Shown in pieces: positions 8,172 to 13,258 of a DNA stretch of 13,258 nt. Both the position numbers and the translations under genes were made by a program. Source of the stretch: Octopus sinensis (Eukaryota); assembly GCF_006345805.1 (NCBI RefSeq), contig NW_021826297.1, positions 1 to 13,258 of the forward strand, read 5' to 3'. Every line of letters starts with the position of its first letter. The stretch's first letter is position 1. The notes under the pieces were generated by a model. The model saw only the letters and a program-made list of their open reading frames with translations, was not told the origin of the DNA and ran no database searches.

Positions 8172-9041
8172 CCGGTACGATGGGTAATGTCGTAATTTTA
8201 TATTTTTAATTTAGCGCATGAGCATTGTTTTTTTATTATTTTGTCGACTACACAGTATGGTAGAGTCAGTTGGGCACCGCCTGTGAGAAAAACAGCACTA
8301 TGACGCAATTCACTCAGCCAGAAATCTGGGAAACGATTTGCTGTGCTGCTTGAAATTCGCTCTCGGAGCTCCAATACAAACATTTCAGAGTGTTTGGGTG
8401 TCAATCTGAGGACATCTACCGAGAGTGATAAAAATCAAACATGCAGTTAACATCCTGGTGTTTGGAGTGATGACTAGTGATAGCGACGTTATGCTTCCAT
8501 TCGTCTTCCCACATCGCTTCACACTCAACACGGCGGTCTACACCAAGTGCCTGAAGAAGGTGGTGCTGCCCTGGGACAAGACGGTGGCTACTGGAAGACC
8601 CTGTGTCTGGCAAATGGGTCTCTGCACCATGCCATATAAGCAGGAGAACCCAGTCACGGCTGTTAGACAATTTCTGCGACCACATCCCCCATAACATCTG
8701 GCCAGCTAGCTCCCCTGATTTCAACTCACTTGGTTATTATTTGTGGGGCACAGTTGAGCGAGAGACCAACAAAACTCCTTGTAACACCAAAGATGAACTG
8801 AGGGTAAAGATTATGGCAGCATTCATCGACTTAAACAAAGAGATTGTCCAGAAGAGTTGCAGGAGATTCCGAAGTCGTTTGGAGGCCGTGGTTGAAGCCA
8901 ATGGTGATTTTATTGAATAAATTTACTCTTTAGTATTTCAAGATATTTTAAAGTAATTTTGGTAAATATATCTGTTAAAATGAGATGTCAGCGTTATTTT
9001 CTTTTTTTCGTAATTTCGTCAACAGTTTATTCACTGCACCC
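8172..9041 (+). mobile_element. Internally deleted Tc1/mariner-superfamily transposon, DD37D (maT) type
   Basis: TA dinucleotides flank both ends (8170-8171, 9042-9043). The ends are only weakly inverted (CCGGTACGATGGGTAATGTCG vs reverse complement GGGTGCAGTGAATAAACTGTTG). Contains a transposase relic. Confidence 0.8.
8300..8920 (+). pseudogene. DD37D/maT transposase relic
   Basis: N-terminus MTQFTQPEIW/KRFAVLLEIRSRSSNTNISECLGVNLRT is joined at about 8415 to KIKHAVNILVFGV...VLPW...GRPCVWQ/SAPCH...WPASSPDFNSLGYYLWG...RLEAVVEANGDFIE*. Exactly 37 codons lie between the D2 position (8618-8620, now V) and the D3 position (8732-8734, now G). Contains frameshifts. Confidence 0.85.
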
Positions 9042-9042
9042 T

Positions 9043-9051
9043 ACACACACA

Positions 9052-9132
<81 letters not shown>
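9043..9132. repeat. (CA)n(TA)n microsatellite
   Basis: Directly visible. Confidence 0.95.
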
Positions 9133-9133
<1 letters not shown>

Positions 9134-9266
9134 GAAATCGTCGCTCACACTCTCACTCTAATCTCTGGTTCACCGGCGTATTTTTCTCATCTGGACTTTC
9201 TTCTCTCGCTTCAACGTCTTGTACTTCTTAATGCTGTGACATCTTGTGTTCCTCAATAACCCGCGA

Positions 9267-9286
9267 GAGGTATGCCAAACGTAAGT
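9267..9286 (+). promoter_or_regulatory. Tandem candidate 5' splice donors
   Basis: GAG|GTATGC at 9269/9270 and AAC|GTAAGT at 9280/9281. Confidence 0.25.
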
Positions 9287-9869
9287 ATTCATCTGTACGC
9301 TTATATATGAGTGGGTGTTTAAATGTTTCTATGTATATATGGTATTAACAGTAAATCTGTATTTCTAGCTTCGTTTCTCGTACGCTGCGAATACCCTAAA
9401 TTTAATTTGCTAGCATCTCGTTATTGATGAAAGAGAATTTAAAAAGATATTTCCACAGAATGACAAAGGAAAAGCGCAGCTCATTTATATTAAGCTTGAA
9501 TGCTGTTGGAGAGCTGATGTAGCAGAACAAGTAAAACTGCTGAGCGATGTATTTTATGCTTGAATCTGATTGAGAGGAAAGTGCTACGCTTGTGACTTTC
9601 GTAGACGTTCTGAGAGAGATTAGTGCAGTTAATTGTGTGATTCTGAAGTGCCTGAGTGAATGCAACATGGGACAATTCAGCTGCGCGAAGGAGCTACCAT
9701 TGTAGACTTACTAAACCCTTCTCTCCCTAAGAAGCATAAGGCCGTCGATGGCTTTTCTCCTCTGTTCTCGACTCTAGGCTGGCTTTTCTGTCTCATCTCC
9801 CGCGTTACCTACACTGTTCTTCCTGTTGGTGCTGTTGTTGTTAAGCAACAAGGCGGGTAAGGGTGATTA

Positions 9870-10100
9870 GGTGATGGTCTAGGGCTTAGGGACGGGAGAC
9901 CCCAGACCTTGGAAAAAAAAAACTTTGGTAGTCTTGTAGTCGAGGGCTCTTCGTTGACGCCCGATACCACTGGGATGTGGCCCTTGAAGTCGCTGGAAAT
10001 GGAGATCTCCGGGTCCAAATTCTTGAACGGCTCCTGTTGGTGCTGAGGCCGTGTATTTTCACTGTTAAAGAAAAGATTAATGTGACTCCATCGGCGGATA
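9870..10100 (-). pseudogene. Possible highly decayed LINE APE-endonuclease relic
   Basis: - strand EISISSDFKGH (DFKGH at 9977-9991) is one base change per differing codon from GDFNAH. An LDH-like motif lies downstream. Weak. Confidence 0.25.
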
Positions 10101-10220
10101 TTTTTAGCGGTCATCGAGTCAATGTAGATTTCACGGGTTGAGAAGGTCTAGGCTGCAGATGGATAACGCATATGTACGGAGGGTTAGGAAGGAGTAAAGA
10201 TTGGTTTCATCTGTACGAGT

Positions 10221-10445
10221 GGAAGTGTATAGCTTAATGGTTAGGGTGTTGGGCTCATAATCGTAAAATTGTGGCTTCGATTCCTGGACAGGGCGATACG
10301 TTGTGTTCTTGAGCAAAACACTTCATTTCACGCTGTTCCAGTCCGTTCAATTGGCAAAAATTAGTAATCCTGCGACGGGCCGGCATCCCGTCTAGGGGGC
10401 AATATGCACGCCAGAGAAACCGAGAAACCGCCCCTGTGCTCCTTA
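10221..10445 (+). mobile_element. tRNA-derived SINE, family C (core shared with family B, different tail)
   Basis: A box TAGCTTAATGGTTAGG, B-box-like GCTTCGATTCC, core GTTGTGTTCTTGAGCAAAACACTTCATTTCACG, tail GAAACCGAGAAACCG. Confidence 0.7.
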
Positions 10446-10590
10446 ATGGAGTAATATAGACTAGCCATTTATCGGCATGGGCGTGGTTGGATCTTAATTC
10501 ATGTCTGCTTTATATCTGGATGAATATCTTATGCTATGGATTGGGGAAAGGAAATTGGGAAGGTCTCTTCTAAGGAGATGCCAACAATTA

Positions 10591-11007
10591 GGCGCAGAGT
10601 GGCTGTGTGATAAGTAGCTTGCTTACCAGCCACATGGTTCCGGGTTCAGTCCCACTGCGTGGCACCTTGAGCAAGTGTCTTCTACTATAGCCTCGGGTCG
10701 ACCAAAGCCTTGTGAGTGGATTTGGTAGACGGAAACTGAAAGAAGCCCGTCGTATATATATGTATATATATATATATATATGTGTGTGTGTGCGTGTGTG
10801 TTTGTGTGTCTGTGTTTGTCCCCACCAACATCGCTTGACAACCGATGCTGGTGTGTTTACGTCCCCGTCACTTAGCGGTTCGGCAAAAGATAGAATAAGT
10901 ACTGGGCTTACAAAGAATAAGTCCCGGGGTCGAGTTGCTCGATTAAAGGTGGTGCTCCAGCATGGCCACAGTCAAATGACTGAAACAAGTAAAAGAGGAA
11001 AAGAGTA
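10591..11007 (+). mobile_element. tRNA-derived SINE, family A, copy 3
   Basis: Aligns end to end with 531-948. Confidence 0.9.
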
Positions 11008-11224
11008 ATCAAAATAGTCCGTCAATAGTTCCTCTCTCCCATTCATTTTGCTCGTACATGGAAAGCATTGAAAGAATGTGTTTATATTTTTGCCCATCCT
11101 TGTTCAGGTTCGAACACAGCTGATTCCTTTTAGAGACAGAGTGTTTATGTGTGCATGCGATCGTGTGTGAGAAGAACGCCCAGAATGTATACTGCTCAGT
11201 ATTCTATCTAACAGTCATCTCCTC

Positions 11225-11330
11225 TGTGTGTGTGTGTGTGTGTGTGGTGTGTGGTGTGTGTGGTGTAAGGGAGAGAGAGAGAGTGAGTGAGAGAGAGAGT
11301 GAGTGAGAGAGAGAGTGAGAGAGTGTGTAT
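11225..11330. repeat. (TG)n followed by (GA)n/GAGT
   Basis: Directly visible. Confidence 0.95.
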
Positions 11331-11703
11331 AGATGAAAATATAACGCTGAAACCTTTATATGTCGACAAACAACCTTAGCCAAACCAGATACAGTGGAAC
11401 TATGTCAGTGACCTGGTTGCAGTTAGTGCGACGAAAATTTTGATACTATGTAATGAGTGTTTAAGTGACGTGTCAGTAATGTTGCGGGGGGTGGGTATAG
11501 ATAATTGCAAGAGTCAAAAGCAATTGCGAACATCGAAAACACCGAAGCCAGTAACCTCAATGTGGAATAGTCTAAGTTAGATATCGTCGATGCAGGATGA
11601 GAAACAATTGCGGATACTGAAGTTTGGAGAATGATAGAGACAACAGATTAATTTAGTGGAATGAGAAAAGGAAATTTGAATTAGAGTCGTTGGAATCATT
11701 GTT

Positions 11704-11727
11704 ATTTTTTTTTTCATAAAGGTAAGT
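11704..11727 (+). promoter_or_regulatory. Consensus 5' splice site AAG|GTAAGT preceded by a T tract
   Basis: TTATTTTTTTTTTCATAAAG|GTAAGT, junction at 11721/11722. Confidence 0.3.
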
Positions 11728-12115
11728 AGTCGAGAGCATAAGATTTTTACATATTCTCAGAAGCCACTTATCAGAACAAAATCAGAATATAACCTGTAAC
11801 CAGATGGGAAAATAACCAATAGATAAAGAGTGAAAGATCTGTCTTACAGATAAACCGGATTTGTGGTTTATTTTGTAACTTCTTGGAGACAGGTGGTATC
11901 CTGACCGGACCTAAGGAGTGTAAATGTTCACATGGAGGAAGCATAATTGTCCAGTGGATTAAGCAAAATTCTGATTAGTTTTCATTTTATTGTTTCCTTT
12001 GTTTCATTGTGGGAGAGGAGATGATAATTCAGGAGTTATTGATAACCATTATTTTGATATCTTTAAGTAGCTCAACTGGAAGTTAAACCTCGAGTTAGCC
12101 TCACGAAATGCTATA

Positions 12116-12684
12116 CGAGGTCAGGCTGAAAAGTTCATAGGCTGACTAAGAAGGAGTTATCATGCAGTAATTAAACTTGGCATGCATTAAATTCAACCTT
12201 TACTGATGCTAACTGTATGTTTTCTTTTCAGATAAACCCACATTGGATACAAAATTGAGGACTTGGAAAAATGGTACTAGAGACATTTCGTGTAAAATAG
12301 ATAAAATTTGGCACCATAGTGTTAACAAATATCTGCAGAAAAGGGGGTTAGCTCCCCAAGGACATCCATGCTGAAATGGTTACTACATTAGGGGATGATG
12401 CTCCAGCTTTATCAACTGTGCAAAAGTGTGCTGCTGAATTCAAGAGGGGTAGGGAGAGTCTTGAAGATGACCCGTGGTCCGGAAGTATTGCCACAGCCAC
12501 CAACCAAGAAAACATCGATGTGTTTACCACATGGTGATGGATGACAGAAGTTTAAATGTTAATCAGAATGCTATAAGGGTCCTGCTTCACCAGGACAATG
12601 CTTCTGCACACAAGTCTGGTGTTGCAATGGCTGTTGCGCGTGACTGTAATTCTGATCTGGTTGATTACCTCTATATTCTCCTGA
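12116..12684 (+). mobile_element. Internally deleted, 3'-truncated mariner-type transposon
   Basis: TA (12114-12115) plus CGAGGTCAGGCTGAAAAGTTCATAGGCTGAC, a mariner-like left end. Relic from 12297: DKIWHHSVNKYLQKRGLAP/KDIHAEMVTTLGDDAPALSTVQKCAAEFKRGRESLEDDPWSG (HTH region), HMVMDDR, a deletion at about 12575, then VLLHQDNASAH...Y-SP(D). No right TIR. Confidence 0.85.
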
Positions 12685-13015
12685 AGTAGTGGGGGAGCAT
12701 CATAGCCATGTGTTGAAAGGAATTCTTAGAGGTTTGAATAATTCACCTCTGGAAACATAGGTGTTTCGTTCAACATCCTTAAAAAAACTCTTATTCAGGG
12801 ACCTTTTGAGCGGGATGGGCTACTCGACCAGAAGAAAATTCTAACTGAGCCCCACCTGCAAGGTCATGTGTTGTTTATCTTGATATGAGATCACCATGTT
12901 GCGCACATATGGTTGTGATACATGTGCCTAGTGTATCCTTATTAGACGGGTAGTCATGATGGGTATACTGGGCTTCGTATATTTTATTTAAGTGTCACTT
13001 TGATAGCATGCACTG
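12683..13015 (+). mobile_element. (AAT)n-associated repeat, copy 2 (partial)
   Basis: Aligns to 7512-7843 and is again followed by (AAT)n. Confidence 0.85.
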
Positions 13016-13018
13016 TTG

Positions 13019-13087
13019 ATAATAATATAATAATAATAATAATAATAATATAATAATAATAATAATATAATAATAATAATAATAATA
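13019..13087. repeat. (AAT)n microsatellite
   Basis: Directly visible. Confidence 0.95.
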
Positions 13088-13258
13088 GCAACGGTAACGA
13101 CAACTTTGAGTCTTGACAAATAAATGCAGTAATGGGTTACAACAATCTTATTCCTTCTGTTGTCAGTGATTTTCATTTGACCTTTAAACCTTAGCTGAAG
13201 GAAAAGGATTACTCAAATCTCTTTATAATCTTAAAAATGATTATCGATGACATGATAA

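Noticed and set aside
8425-8920. Functional transposase CDS
   Set aside because: Frameshifts, a large internal deletion and mutated catalytic residues.
9855-9896. G-quadruplex or degenerate telomeric run (five GGG tracts, TAAGGG/CTAGGG/TTAGGG)
   Set aside because: One loop is 18 nt, the units are not tandem, and a chance occurrence is plausible.
1-13258. CRISPR array, rRNA or prokaryotic operon
   Set aside because: No repeat-spacer periodicity, no rRNA motifs and no gene-dense coding. The sequence is eukaryotic repeat-rich DNA.

Overview
Non-coding, repeat-dense eukaryotic DNA. The SINE families and the (CATA)n/(AAT)n/(GATA)n microsatellite load suggest an octopus or other cephalopod genome, probably intronic or intergenic (inferred from recalled repeat families, no database check). 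There is no intact protein-coding gene, and most ORF-track entries are read-throughs of microsatellites. The window holds three copies of one tRNA-derived SINE and two other SINEs, a 423-bp MITE with 29-bp perfect TIRs and an internal (CCCTAA)n tract, and two internally deleted Tc1/mariner relics (a DD37D/maT type and a mariner type). It also holds several retroelements sitting directly in microsatellites. The most interesting structure is a (CATA)n array (1652-3144) split by an RTE-like non-autonomous element on the - strand and by two fragments of an R4/Dong-clade (RLE endonuclease) non-LTR retrotransposon on the + strand, each starting exactly where the CATA repeats stop. A parallel arrangement occurs at (AAT)n tracts: a 554-bp non-coding element in two copies plus a short Dong-like coding fragment. 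This points to microsatellite-targeted retrotransposition with two target specificities. A few isolated splice signals hint at a host gene but are weak.
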